Source: a virus | Virus record (IMG/VR): IMGVR_UViG_3300042731_005759 | Span: 32,001 to 96,000 of that record | DNA: 64,000 nucleotides | Strand: one strand, 5' to 3' | Part shown: positions 46,943-57,979 of the stretch, in pieces | Layout of the letters: every line of letters begins with the position of its first letter | Position numbering within the stretch: the first letter of the stretch is position 1 | Translations under genes and position numbers: made by a program | The notes under the pieces: generated by a model | What the model saw: only the letters and a program-made list of their open reading frames with translations | What the model was told of the DNA's origin: nothing | The model's database searches: none

Positions 46943-49393
46943 ATGAAAGTAAAAAAGAGAGACGGTTCTTTAGAAGAAATGAGATATGATAAGATCACAA
47001 GGAGAATATCTGCCTTGTGTTCTGATTTGAATTTAGAGTATGTTGACCCAACATATATTACCTTAAAGGTAACTCAAGGGATATACGATGAGATTAGTAC
47101 AACTGAATTAGATCAGTTGGCTGCAGAAACCGCAGCTTCAATGACAACAACGCATCCTGATTATGCGAAATTAGCGGGAAGAGTTGCGGTTACTAATCTT
47201 CATAAGACAACACCAAAAAAGTTCTCATTGGCAATTAAAGAACTATACTCTTTTGTTGAACCAAGAACAGGTAAAGAATCATCTTTAATCTCTGATGAAC
47301 TTTACAAGTTTGTTATGAAAAATAAGTCTGTTATTGACGGAGCAATAGTACAGGAAAGAGATTTTGATTTTGATTATTTCGGTTTTAAAACTTTAGAAAG
47401 ATCTTATCTATTAAAGATAAGTAACAGAATTGTTGAAAGACCACAATATATGTACATGAGAGTTGCATTAGGTATATGTAATGGTGATATCGAAATGGGT
47501 TTGAGAATCTATGATGATTTATCACAACATTTCTATACTCACGCAACACCAACATTATTTAATGCGGGAACAAGAAGACCACAAATGTCATCTTGTTTCT
47601 TAATAGGAAATAAGGGGGACGACATCAATGGATTATTTGATACAATCAAGGATGTTGCAAACATTTCAAAATGGGCAGGTGGTATTGGATTACACGTACA
47701 CGATGTGAGAGCTAAAGGTTCTTATATCAAAGGTACGGGTGGTGAGTCAGACGGACTATTACCAATGATGAAAACCTACAATGAAGTTGCAAGATGGATC
47801 AATCAAGGTGGTAAAAGAAAAGGTTCATTCGCAATTTATCTTGAACCATGGCACTCAGATATTTTTGAATTTATCGATTTAAGAAAAAATCATGGTAAAG
47901 AAGAAATGAGAGCAAGAGATTTATTCCTTGCAATGTGGACTCCTGATCTCTTTATGAAAAGAGTAGAAGAAGATGGTGAGTGGACTTTATTCTCACCTGA
48001 TGAGGCACCTGGTTTATCAGATGTATACGATTCACCTGAATCAAAAGACTTCACAGAACTTTATACAAAATATGAAGAAGAAGGAAGAGGAAGAAGAGTT
48101 GTGAAGGCGAGAAAATTGATGGACGCAATTCTCACCGCACAGATTGAAACAGGAACACCTTATATGTTATATAAGGATGCTGCGAATAGTAAATCAAACC
48201 AAAAGAATTTAGGTACTATTAAGTCATCAAATTTGTGTACTGAAATTATCGAGTATAGTTCACCAACTGAACAGGCGGTTTGTAATCTCGCATCAATCGC
48301 ATTACCTAAGTACATTGTTGACGGTGAATTTAATCATGATTTATTATATGAATATGTTTACCAAGTTGTAAGAAACTTAAACAACGTTATCGATTTAAAT
48401 TTCTATCCAACAGAAGAAACAAAAAGATCTAATTTTAGACACAGACCTGTTGGTCTTGGAGTACAAGGTTTAGCAGATGTATTTTGTAGTTTAAGAATTC
48501 CTTTTGAGTCTGAAACAGCGGATGATCTACAAACAGATATATTTGAGACAATATATTTTGCGGCCATGACATCTTCAAAAGATATTTCTAAAGAAGTTGG
48601 TCCATACGAGTCTATCTCAGGGTCACCAATAGAGAAGGGAATCTTCCAATATCAGATGTGGGGACTTAAAGACAAAGACTTATCAGGTAGATGGAATTGG
48701 AAAGAACTTAGAAAAGAAGTTGTTAAATATGGTGTAAGAAACTCATTGTTATTTGCACCAATGCCAACGGCATCAACTGCACAGATTCTTGGTAATAATG
48801 AGGCGTTCGAACCATTTACAACAAACTTATATTCAAGAAGAACTTTAGGTGGGGAGTTTATTGTGATTAATAAACACTTAGTGAAAGAACTTATGGAAAA
48901 TGATCTATGGAGTGATGAGATCAAAGACAAGTTAATTATGGAGAACGGTTCTGTTCAAAATATACCTGAAATACCAACAGAAATTAAAGAGATTTATAAA
49001 ACTGTTTGGGAAATGTCACAGAAAACACTTCTGAAGATGGCGGCGAGAAGATCCGTATTTATTGATCAATCACAATCACTAAACCTTTTCATTAGTAACG
49101 CAACTAAAGCGAAGTTATTGGCGGCACACTTATTCGGTTGGAAGTTAGGTTTAAAAACAGGTATGTACTATCTAAGAACTCGTTCAGCGGTAGATCCGTT
49201 AAAAGGGTTAGGTATTAGTACACAAAGAACAAAACCAAATCCCGAAAACACTGAAGAAACTTCAGAAAAAGTAGAAAACCCAACACCAACATCTAATTCT
49301 ATTATAAGTGAAAATAAAGAATTAGTGATGGTAAATTCACAAGTTGAGAGACCAGACGATTCTCCATTTGACTGTGAAGGTTGTGGGTCTTAA
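46943..49393 (+). CDS. nrdA: Ribonucleotide reductase class Ia alpha subunit with ATP cone
   Basis: VKKRDG ATP cone, ATPTLFN, SSCF, SNLCTEI, CNLAS, PTAST, YYLR, C-terminal CEGC. Confidence 0.97.
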   Translation: MKVKKRDGSLEEMRYDKITRRISALCSDLNLEYVDPTYITLKVTQGIYDEISTTELDQLAAETAASMTTTHPDYAKLAGRVAVTNLHKTTPKKFSLAIKELYSFVEPRTGKESSLISDELYKFVMKNKSVIDGAIVQERDFDFDYFGFKTLERSYLLKISNRIVERPQYMYMRVALGICNGDIEMGLRIYDDLSQHFYTHATPTLFNAGTRRPQMSSCFLIGNKGDDINGLFDTIKDVANISKWAGGIGLHVHDVRAKGSYIKGTGGESDGLLPMMKTYNEVARWINQGGKRKGSFAIYLEPWHSDIFEFIDLRKNHGKEEMRARDLFLAMWTPDLFMKRVEEDGEWTLFSPDEAPGLSDVYDSPESKDFTELYTKYEEEGRGRRVVKARKLMDAILTAQIETGTPYMLYKDAANSKSNQKNLGTIKSSNLCTEIIEYSSPTEQAVCNLASIALPKYIVDGEFNHDLLYEYVYQVVRNLNNVIDLNFYPTEETKRSNFRHRPVGLGVQGLADVFCSLRIPFESETADDLQTDIFETIYFAAMTSSKDISKEVGPYESISGSPIEKGIFQYQMWGLKDKDLSGRWNWKELRKEVVKYGVRNSLLFAPMPTASTAQILGNNEAFEPFTTNLYSRRTLGGEFIVINKHLVKELMENDLWSDEIKDKLIMENGSVQNIPEIPTEIKEIYKTVWEMSQKTLLKMAARRSVFIDQSQSLNLFISNATKAKLLAAHLFGWKLGLKTGMYYLRTRSAVDPLKGLGISTQRTKPNPENTEETSEKVENPTPTSNSIISENKELVMVNSQVERPDDSPFDCEGCGS

Positions 49394-50057
49394 AAAAATC
49401 AAGTATATATTTTATTCAGGTGGGTATGATTCAACATCATACCTACTTGAGTGCTTGGTAAAAAACAAACTTATTGTACAACCATTAGTCGTTATAACTT
49501 CATATATCGACGGTACTGAAGATAGGATGAGACCGTCTTTCTTTCATGAAAAAATCTCAAGAGAGAATTTCTATCGTAAATTCAAAAGTACTTACCCAAA
49601 ACTAAAAGACAATTTATTACCTGAGATCACAATAAACGATGTTACTTTAGACGAAGAAACAAAAGAGATAGGTGTAGAAGGATATAATGAAGGTTTATTT
49701 ACAAGAAAAACAAATCAACTACTATATTTTCATCAGGTCTGTAAAAATGAGGGTTATGATAAAGTATCGATAACTTACCAAAAAGATGATCCCTTTAGTG
49801 GTAGAATTAGGAAATACATAAATAAAGATAATCCACCCAAATCAATGGGTTGGGCAAAACATTTAGAGTTTCCTCTTATAGATAAAACTAAAAAAAACAT
49901 TTTAGAAGAATCTATAGAAAATGGGTATGAACAATTCTTATATGAGACATGGAGTTGTTGGTACCCAAATGAAGATAACCAACCCTGTGGAAAATGTGCG
50001 TTGTGTGAAATAACAATAGTAGAAACAACTTTAGAAATTCCTAAAACGATAATTTAG
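49374..50057 (+). CDS. queC: QueC-like PP-loop ATPase with Zn-binding C-terminus (start uncertain)
   Basis: YSGGYDS PP-loop, FPL...K, TWSCW.P...PCGKC..C. No ATG precedes the PP-loop; candidate starts are TTG 49344, GTG 49374 and GTG 49383. Confidence 0.7.
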   Translation: MKVVGLKKIKYIFYSGGYDSTSYLLECLVKNKLIVQPLVVITSYIDGTEDRMRPSFFHEKISRENFYRKFKSTYPKLKDNLLPEITINDVTLDEETKEIGVEGYNEGLFTRKTNQLLYFHQVCKNEGYDKVSITYQKDDPFSGRIRKYINKDNPPKSMGWAKHLEFPLIDKTKKNILEESIENGYEQFLYETWSCWYPNEDNQPCGKCALCEITIVETTLEIPKTII

Positions 50058-50062
50058 AATAT

Positions 50063-50090
50063 AACCCATCAATTTGATGGGTTTTTATTT
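50063..50090 (+). terminator. Intrinsic terminator ending the replication/RNR block
   Basis: AACCCATCA-ATT-TGATGGGTT followed by a T-rich tract. Confidence 0.75.
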
Positions 50091-50123
50091 ATACTCATTT
50101 TGTTATTGATTATATTTATTAGT

Positions 50124-50576
50124 ATGGCAATAACCTATGGTATAGATTTCCCCTTTAGAGAAAGTATTAAGGGAGATTACTTGAAAATGACAACCACTCC
50201 CGAAAGAGAGGTTAGGGCGAACTTGATTCACCTAATCTTAACTAAAAAGGGTAGTAGGTTTTATTTGCCAGATTTCGGTACAAGAATATATGAATATATA
50301 TTCGATCAGAATGATATGGTAACATTTAATCTGATTGAAGAAGAAATTAGAGAGGGTTGTAAAAAATACTTACCAAATCTCGATATAAACTCAATAAAGG
50401 TTATCTCATCGGAAGACGATGATGATCCTGTAACGACTGTAGATGAAGAAACAGATGATAGAATTTTTAGGTTAGGAGACGAAACCACTAAACCATATAC
50501 CGCAAAAGTTAAAATAGACTATACGGTTAATAACGGAGCGTTTACATCATCAGATTTTGTAATAATTAATATATAA
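50124..50576 (+). CDS. Baseplate wedge protein (T4 gp25-like); start revised to ATG 50124
   Basis: GI.FPF, NL..LILT.KG.R...PDFGT.I..YIF. Confidence 0.88.
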   Translation: MAITYGIDFPFRESIKGDYLKMTTTPEREVRANLIHLILTKKGSRFYLPDFGTRIYEYIFDQNDMVTFNLIEEEIREGCKKYLPNLDINSIKVISSEDDDDPVTTVDEETDDRIFRLGDETTKPYTAKVKIDYTVNNGAFTSSDFVIINI

Positions 50577-50577
50577 G

Positions 50578-52410
50578 ATGGCAAAGAAAATATCATACGC
50601 TAAAAGAGATTTCGCAGGGTTAAGACAAGATCTTGTCAACCTAACCAATGACTATTATCCTGATTTAATAAAAAACACAAATGACGCATCGATCTATTCA
50701 GTATTATTAGATCTAAACGCTGCCATCGGTGATAACCTACATTATCACATTGATAGAGTGTGGCAAGAAACGATGTTAGACTTCGCACAACAAAGAAGAT
50801 CGTTATTCCACATCGCTAAGACTTATGGTATAAGATTACCAGGTAATAGACCTTCGGTTGCTTTATGTGACTTTTCAATAAACGTTCCTGTAAGAGGTGA
50901 TAAAGAAGATGAAAGATATCTTGGTATACTCAAGGCGGGGGCACAAGTTTCAGGTGGTGGACAAACATTTGAAACAGTAGAAGATACAGATTTTTCAAAT
51001 CCATTCAATAACAAGGGAGAACCAAATAGGTTAAAGATTCCAAACTTCGATTCAAACAATAAGTTAATTTCTTATACCATTACAAAGAGAGAGGCAGTAG
51101 TAAATGGTGTGTCAAGGATTTTTAGAAGGGTAATAACAAAACAAGATCAAAAACCATTTCTTAAATTGTTTTTACCTGAAAAGAATGTTTTAGGGGTAGT
51201 TTCTATAATCCATAAGGAAGGTTCTAACTTGACATCAAATCCAAGTTCATCTGAATTTAGTTCAGAACAGAATAGGTGGTACGAGGTAAAAAGTCTTATG
51301 GAGGACAAAATATTTTTACCAGATAAAACTTCCGCTTCTGACAAGGATAATTTCACCGCGGGTGAATACAAACGAGTAACAAATAAATTTATCACGGAGT
51401 ATACTCCTGAAGGATTTATGTCAGTCACTTTTGGTTCGGGTAGTGTAGATCCTTTAGATAATTTAGATTCGTATAACTCAGGTAACTTGAAAGTTAACTT
51501 AGGTACATACTTAAACAATTTATCTTTAGGGTCAGTACCTAAATCAAACAATACTATTTTCATCAAATATAGAATTGGTGGAGGTAAGGATAGTAATTTA
51601 GGTGTTAATGTTATTACGTCAGTAAATAATGTTGAGTTTAATGTAAATGGACCACTATCAAATGTTAATAATCAAGTGGTACAATCATTAAACGTAACAA
51701 ATGTTACTCCCGCTGTTGGAGGTGCGGATCAACCAACAGTAGAAGAAATAAGAAACTTGGTAGGTTACAACTTTGCAGCACAAAACAGGGCGGTAACCTT
51801 AAATGATTATAAATCTTTGATTGAAACGATGCCATCTACATACGGTGCACCAGCCAAAGTAAATGTGATGGAAGAAGATAACAAGATTAAAATCAAACTT
51901 TTATCATATGATGATTCAGGTAATCTCACAGACACAGTATCTAATACATTAAAGAACAATATATTAAGGTACCTTGCAAACTACAGAATGATTAACGATT
52001 ATTTAGATATCGTTAGTGGTGAGGTTGTGGACCTCGGTCTTGAGATTGATTTAGTTATTGATAAAAATATTACACAATCCGAAGTATTAAAAGAGGTCAT
52101 AACAAGTGCTACTGAGTTTATGAGTATCGAGGGTAGAAAAATGGGTGACCCATTATTCCTCGGAGAACTACAGAAAAATGTTTCTGATATTACAGGAATA
52201 GTAAATGTAGTAAACTTAAAAGTCTATGGTAAAACAGGGGGAGAGTACTCAACTTCAGAAGTATCACAAGACTATGTAGACGATACCACAAAAGAAATAC
52301 AACAATCTGATTCAACGATTTACATGAAAAGTAATCAAATCTTCCAAATCAGATTTCCTAACAAAGACATAAAAGTTAGAGTAAAAACGTTAGGTTCCAC
52401 TACATTTTAA
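50578..52410 (+). CDS. Baseplate wedge protein (T4 gp6 / baseplate J-like)
   Basis: Y..RDF...R..L, D.L.Y..D....E..L..AQ, YR.GGG, GGAD....EEIR, QNRAVT..DY. Confidence 0.88.
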   Translation: MAKKISYAKRDFAGLRQDLVNLTNDYYPDLIKNTNDASIYSVLLDLNAAIGDNLHYHIDRVWQETMLDFAQQRRSLFHIAKTYGIRLPGNRPSVALCDFSINVPVRGDKEDERYLGILKAGAQVSGGGQTFETVEDTDFSNPFNNKGEPNRLKIPNFDSNNKLISYTITKREAVVNGVSRIFRRVITKQDQKPFLKLFLPEKNVLGVVSIIHKEGSNLTSNPSSSEFSSEQNRWYEVKSLMEDKIFLPDKTSASDKDNFTAGEYKRVTNKFITEYTPEGFMSVTFGSGSVDPLDNLDSYNSGNLKVNLGTYLNNLSLGSVPKSNNTIFIKYRIGGGKDSNLGVNVITSVNNVEFNVNGPLSNVNNQVVQSLNVTNVTPAVGGADQPTVEEIRNLVGYNFAAQNRAVTLNDYKSLIETMPSTYGAPAKVNVMEEDNKIKIKLLSYDDSGNLTDTVSNTLKNNILRYLANYRMINDYLDIVSGEVVDLGLEIDLVIDKNITQSEVLKEVITSATEFMSIEGRKMGDPLFLGELQKNVSDITGIVNVVNLKVYGKTGGEYSTSEVSQDYVDDTTKEIQQSDSTIYMKSNQIFQIRFPNKDIKVRVKTLGSTTF

Positions 52411-52469
52411 TTTTTCTTTTCTGTATTATTAATAATTAGGGAAAATAGGTTCCAATCTATTTATATGAT

Positions 52470-55400
52470 ATGATACAGAAACATCGTATAAGAACAGAAA
52501 TTGGTAAGGATCAAAAGGTAACTGTCGAGTTAAAACAAGACTATGATCTTTTAGAAATTCTTTCACTTAAGTTCACACAAAAAGACATTTACACATCTAT
52601 TTGTGCGGACTATGGTGTTGTTTGTGGTAGAATTACCGCGAATCAAGGATACGGTGTTGCAAACGCCAGAGTATCGATATTCATTCCGTTAGATGATATA
52701 GATGAGGAAGACCCTGTTGTCTCCGCATTATACCCCTACAGATCAACACAAGACACCGATACAGATGGGTACAAGTATAATCTGTTCCCTAAGAGAAAAC
52801 AACATACAGGACATACACCAACAGGAACGTTTCCTGATCAAGAAGATATCTTGACAAGAGAAGAGGTCTTATACGTTTATGAAAAATATTATAAGTACAC
52901 AGTTAAGACTAATGATGCGGGTGATTTTATGATATGGGGAGTACCCACGGGATCACAAACAATTCATGTAGATGTTGATTTGTCGGATATGGGTTGTCAA
53001 TCACTTGTTCCTTATGATTTTATATATGAAGGTGTTTCTGAAGAAAAATTTGAAAACAACTACACTTTTAAAGGTGATCCTGATATAGCAGGACTACCAC
53101 AAACATTGACATTTGAAGAAACAGTTGAAGTTTATCCGTTTTGGGGTAATGAGGATCTATGTGAAATTGGTATTACAAGAACTGATTATGATCTAAGTGA
53201 CCAAGGTATTAGAATAGAACCTTATTCTATTATGATGGGAGGTAGTTTCACTGACTCAGGTAAAGATTCGGTAAGAGTTAGATGTAATGTCGACAATCAA
53301 ATGGGAGAAAAATGTAGTTTAACTTCAGGTGAGGGAGATATTGAGGCGATTAGATTTACAGGTACCTATGAAGAAAATACGGACGGTACACCAAACTATG
53401 AAAGACCAATACTTGAAGCAATACAATTAGACTCACAAATAAATGAAAATGGTAATTTCTTTTTCAGAGTACCCATGAATATGGGGTATTTCATTACGAA
53501 TGAATTTGGAGAGTTAGTAGAAACTAAAAATACTCAAAGAGGTATCCCAACAAGAGGAACGTATAGGTTCAGACTTTCATATCAAAATGACAATGCCGCG
53601 AGAAAACAATATAGGGGTAAGTACCTTGTACCACAAATCAAAGAACATAATTTAGGTAGTGGAACACCTTATATTGACCCTAAAGCGTATGCGTTTTCAA
53701 CCAACTTAGACGATTATCCCGCAAATGCAATGGATGATATTACGGGTATCAATAATAATGGGTTCTCTAATGACATGTTCTACTCTTTTAGATATAATAG
53801 AGTTTACACCGTATCATCGTTTATAAACCAATATTATAACAAATCGTGGGCGGAGAAAGCATTTAGTTTCCTTGTCAGAGACAGGAATGAATCCTTTATT
53901 GGTATTAAAGAAATACAACCATCACAAGAGGAGGATTGTTCAAATAATAATGAGTATTTCCCAATCAATGACGCAGTAAGAAATCATAAATTCAAATTTT
54001 TAATAACAATTATATTAAACTTCCTCGAGAAAATATATTTAAAAATCACACAGGCAGTCTTAGATGTTATTGTAGAATTCCTTTTTGATGCGAGTGACGC
54101 ATTAAACTTCAAGATCTTAGGTTCAAGACCATTAGGCGGCTTAGCGGATAGGATTGCTGGATATGCGAGAGATATACAAAAAGGGACTTCAAGAAAATTA
54201 GGTTTAGTTAATTATCCCGATTGTTATGAATGTAATGTAGATCCCGAATCGGGAGAACAAACTGGTGGTGGGGGATCATATTCGTATGATTTTATTAGTA
54301 TACCCTCAGGTGGTGAGGAAGACGTTATTACAAATAATAACTTAACAGTTACCGCAACTAACGTAGTTGCAACCACAACGTATGATCCTAATGACACTTC
54401 ATCTAATGACGACGGTCAGATGACAATTGCGGGTATTACAGATGAAAGAAATTATATTTTAAAATACATAAAAGTTGCAGAGGTTTTAGATGCAAGTGGA
54501 AATACGATAACACCACCACAATATGGATATGTCGGTGTTGGTTACAGTACACAACATGAAGGAACCAATATAAGTGGAAGTAACGTCACATTTAATTTCC
54601 TTGCATCCACAGTCTATCAAGATATATTAATTGAAAATGGTTATGGTGCAACACCACAACCAGATGTGTTGGCGGGTACGGCTATTGCAAACGCGAATCA
54701 AATGGAGTTTGTTGAATTATATTTTGTTAGTGAAGTGACGACAACCGTCATAACAGGTACGACAGTAGAAAGTGGTTGTGAAAAATACGATACAATATAT
54801 GACCCTGATTATTGGGGAGGTAACGGTGATACCATGAGATTAAGGGCATACACAGGTTCCACTTATCAAGACTTAATAGATAATCCTGATCATTTAAGTT
54901 GGCAAAATAATGCCTATCCCGATATATTTTTGGATGGTACTGAGGATCCGTGTGCTGATACTCTACCCGTGGCAGATATCACAGTAACAATAAGTGCATA
55001 TACTGACGAAACAAGTGGGTGGGATGGTAAAAGAGATAGAAGATGTGTACAAAGGAAATGGGGTACAGATTGTACTGCATCAGGTTATTCGGAGTTTGTT
55101 GATGGTCAATATCATTTAATACCTGCCGCAGGAAAAAACCAACAACTTATAAACGATTACAGTAGAAGAAAATTAGTCGGCAAACTAATGTGTGGTGGAG
55201 TTACCTCATACACTTTCTCAAATAGTTGGTTAAACGGTGCGTTATACTTTTTCCAATTCAGAAGAAGAAGAGGCGGAACTAACGCCAAATACTGCGAAGA
55301 CGTTATTAGAAGAGTTGAGGACGATAATGGAGTACACTATTATTATAGGTCAACACCTTACCATAATGGTAATTTTATTGGTCAGGTGGGTGAAAGATCA

Positions 55401-56237
55401 TACGGTGAAATACTTTTTCCAACAACTATCATGGATTTAGGACCAAGAAATATGTTTATAAAAGAGATATGTGTCGACCCTGAATTGGATGTAAACTGTT
55501 CTGTTTCAAAAAGTATTGGTAGTACATCATATCAAGATATAAATGATTTAATGGAATATATTATTTCATCCAAAGAAGTTAAAGAACAGGGTAGATTACA
55601 AGTAAAAGACCTTTTCGATAGAAGAGGTGGTGGCGCAATTGATGGTGATATTGCACAACTATTAAATATGAACTCACAAATGGGATATTATGGGTATGAT
55701 GATGAAGATCCTGATAGTCCATATGCAACAACGGGACAAACTGTATATGACGGAATAGGACCTGTTGGTATAGATTTCACATTCTCAGAGGACGACGAGG
55801 ATACTGAGATTGTCGAAAAAGATGGTACTCTATTGAGACTTTGTATTAATGCGGCAGGTAATTTAACTGAAACGGCACAGGAAGTTCCTTATTATAGGTG
55901 GGACAGAAAGTCAACATCAGGTTTTGGTCCCGATAGTGGAACATCAGAAACACAAAATTGGGATAGAACCACAATACACACTACTAAGTATCAAGGAGGT
56001 TGGGACTTCAATGGATTGATGGTGGCTGACCCATACAACGGTGCGGGTGGAAACCCTACCGATAACATCAATAGTCATTATTATGATGGTAGTATCTTAC
56101 CACCAATAAGAGATTGTGCGGATAATAATTATGCGTCACAAGAAATACCACTCGGCGGACCTTTCTTCTTCTACTTTGGATTGAGAACAGGAAAATCTTC
56201 GTGGAATAAATTCGTTAAAAACTTTGGTCCGTTATGA
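52470..56237 (+). CDS. Large putative baseplate-associated structural protein
   Basis: N-terminal GR...NA.VSIF and TN..GDF.I.GVP.G (carboxypeptidase-regulatory-like beta domain); Cys-rich; late motif upstream. Confidence 0.6.
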   Translation: MIQKHRIRTEIGKDQKVTVELKQDYDLLEILSLKFTQKDIYTSICADYGVVCGRITANQGYGVANARVSIFIPLDDIDEEDPVVSALYPYRSTQDTDTDGYKYNLFPKRKQHTGHTPTGTFPDQEDILTREEVLYVYEKYYKYTVKTNDAGDFMIWGVPTGSQTIHVDVDLSDMGCQSLVPYDFIYEGVSEEKFENNYTFKGDPDIAGLPQTLTFEETVEVYPFWGNEDLCEIGITRTDYDLSDQGIRIEPYSIMMGGSFTDSGKDSVRVRCNVDNQMGEKCSLTSGEGDIEAIRFTGTYEENTDGTPNYERPILEAIQLDSQINENGNFFFRVPMNMGYFITNEFGELVETKNTQRGIPTRGTYRFRLSYQNDNAARKQYRGKYLVPQIKEHNLGSGTPYIDPKAYAFSTNLDDYPANAMDDITGINNNGFSNDMFYSFRYNRVYTVSSFINQYYNKSWAEKAFSFLVRDRNESFIGIKEIQPSQEEDCSNNNEYFPINDAVRNHKFKFLITIILNFLEKIYLKITQAVLDVIVEFLFDASDALNFKILGSRPLGGLADRIAGYARDIQKGTSRKLGLVNYPDCYECNVDPESGEQTGGGGSYSYDFISIPSGGEEDVITNNNLTVTATNVVATTTYDPNDTSSNDDGQMTIAGITDERNYILKYIKVAEVLDASGNTITPPQYGYVGVGYSTQHEGTNISGSNVTFNFLASTVYQDILIENGYGATPQPDVLAGTAIANANQMEFVELYFVSEVTTTVITGTTVESGCEKYDTIYDPDYWGGNGDTMRLRAYTGSTYQDLIDNPDHLSWQNNAYPDIFLDGTEDPCADTLPVADITVTISAYTDETSGWDGKRDRRCVQRKWGTDCTASGYSEFVDGQYHLIPAAGKNQQLINDYSRRKLVGKLMCGGVTSYTFSNSWLNGALYFFQFRRRRGGTNAKYCEDVIRRVEDDNGVHYYYRSTPYHNGNFIGQVGERSYGEILFPTTIMDLGPRNMFIKEICVDPELDVNCSVSKSIGSTSYQDINDLMEYIISSKEVKEQGRLQVKDLFDRRGGGAIDGDIAQLLNMNSQMGYYGYDDEDPDSPYATTGQTVYDGIGPVGIDFTFSEDDEDTEIVEKDGTLLRLCINAAGNLTETAQEVPYYRWDRKSTSGFGPDSGTSETQNWDRTTIHTTKYQGGWDFNGLMVADPYNGAGGNPTDNINSHYYDGSILPPIRDCADNNYASQEIPLGGPFFFYFGLRTGKSSWNKFVKNFGPL

Positions 56238-57979
56238 TAAAAAAGAAAATATTATCACCGAGTAAAAGATTTAAAAATGCGGAGTCTGAAGACTTAACGT
56301 TACGAATAAATCTTGAAGAGGAAAAGAATTTACTAAGAGAGGGTGATAAGACCATCATCTTAGACATTGCGGAACAATTCAAAAAAGAACGTAATGAGAG
56401 TACCAAATATAGAATTTATGGTAAAATGAATATGGTTTTCAGAAACACGTATAGTGGTACTACAACATATGAACCACTACTAAATAACTTATATGTTATT
56501 GGTGATGGGATTGACGGTGATTTCACAGGATATGTACCATACAACGAATTTGCGTTTATTAGAAACGATTATATTAGACAAGTGTCTTCTCCATCGGGAA
56601 CAACAATGGGTGATTTCTCACCTAATCTGGTTATTACGGGGGACACATCACACAGGACAATAAATGAGATGGATGTTGCGTCAACAAATTGGAACGTATT
56701 TCTTTCCTATGTTCATGATAAGGATAGTACTCACCAAATGAGATATACATTATCAGGTAACACACAATATTCTTTTACTGCGTCTAATGGGATACCTTTT
56801 AGAGTTGAAGAGTTTACAACACATTATGAATTAACGAGTCCTATACCACATAATATGAGTGAAGGGGAATTTGTGATTCTATCAGGTACTTCGATAAGTA
56901 GTGGATCAGAGTCGGACAGAGTTTTTCCAATTGCGTCAACAGGTAATGAAGTATTCAATTCTGAAAAATATGTTATTAATGTTCAGAAATCAACCTTTAC
57001 ATCATCACAAACTTTAAGTGGGGTTGTATTTGGTAAAAGGTGTTTAGATAAAACTAAAATGTCTGAAACTACTTCAGAGTATTATGTGCACAAACATAAG
57101 ATATTAACTAATTCGGACGGTTGTATTGTAGACAGAACAGGGTTTGAAACTCCTGTGTTTGAGATAGAAAGAAAATTACAATATGAGACTGCTGATGCTA
57201 GAAATAACATATACTCTGTTCAAAATAGACCTGAAACCATATTATATCACTTTAAAGATGAAGTAGATATACAAGGTTTAACAAACAATTTAGGATATAC
57301 AGTGACTGATTTGTACGTCACAACATTATTTAAAAATGGGAATGGATATTTTAACTATCCACCGAGATTAGGTTGGAGATTTAATTTCCATAACTCTTGG
57401 GTTGATAACCAATTTGATACGGGGTTTGGTGGATCAGACAGTGGGTTACCATCAACAACTTTCCAAAACAGTGGAGTGACATTTACTCAAGGAACAGAGT
57501 TGACTGTAGGAGACGAATTAGTCGGTGCTTTTGTTGAATATAACAAAGAAGATTTCAAAGAAACAATTCTATCTGAAGCACTACATAAATTCACAATGGA
57601 CTATAACATATTTAATCACTCACAAGTTTCAAATAATGATGGTTCAAGTACAACTAACCCAAAAGGTCTATTTTACCAACCTCACTATAGGGTTAAGTTA
57701 AGACAACTTTCACCTTATATAGAAACGGCAAATACTAATAAAATAGATGGACTCCCTGAAAACTCATTATACGATACCTACAACAAACAATGGAAGTGGA
57801 GAGACCTATATGATCATGGGTATACAGACCCCGATGGTTTTGGTGTGAACCATCCATTTACAAACGGACAACACTACGTCAAATCTGACATAAACTTTTA
57901 TCTGAGAAATGAGGAGACCTTCTTAAATAAAACGGACGGTATATCAAACTTCACAGTAGACAATGATTCTTTATGTTAA
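56234..57979 (+). CDS. Putative structural protein
   Basis: 581 aa, beta-rich, overlaps the upstream gene, in the baseplate operon. Confidence 0.65.
   Translation: MIKKKILSPSKRFKNAESEDLTLRINLEEEKNLLREGDKTIILDIAEQFKKERNESTKYRIYGKMNMVFRNTYSGTTTYEPLLNNLYVIGDGIDGDFTGYVPYNEFAFIRNDYIRQVSSPSGTTMGDFSPNLVITGDTSHRTINEMDVASTNWNVFLSYVHDKDSTHQMRYTLSGNTQYSFTASNGIPFRVEEFTTHYELTSPIPHNMSEGEFVILSGTSISSGSESDRVFPIASTGNEVFNSEKYVINVQKSTFTSSQTLSGVVFGKRCLDKTKMSETTSEYYVHKHKILTNSDGCIVDRTGFETPVFEIERKLQYETADARNNIYSVQNRPETILYHFKDEVDIQGLTNNLGYTVTDLYVTTLFKNGNGYFNYPPRLGWRFNFHNSWVDNQFDTGFGGSDSGLPSTTFQNSGVTFTQGTELTVGDELVGAFVEYNKEDFKETILSEALHKFTMDYNIFNHSQVSNNDGSSTTNPKGLFYQPHYRVKLRQLSPYIETANTNKIDGLPENSLYDTYNKQWKWRDLYDHGYTDPDGFGVNHPFTNGQHYVKSDINFYLRNEETFLNKTDGISNFTVDNDSLC

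Noticed and set aside
13863-49393. Inteins or introns in polymerase, helicases or RNR
   Set aside because: Lengths and motif spacing are ordinary; no splice-junction or homing-endonuclease motifs seen.
22618-52410. Bacterial contractile injection system (eCIS/T6SS) instead of a phage
   Set aside because: Neck genes, a phage-type replisome and late-promoter architecture indicate a phage genome.
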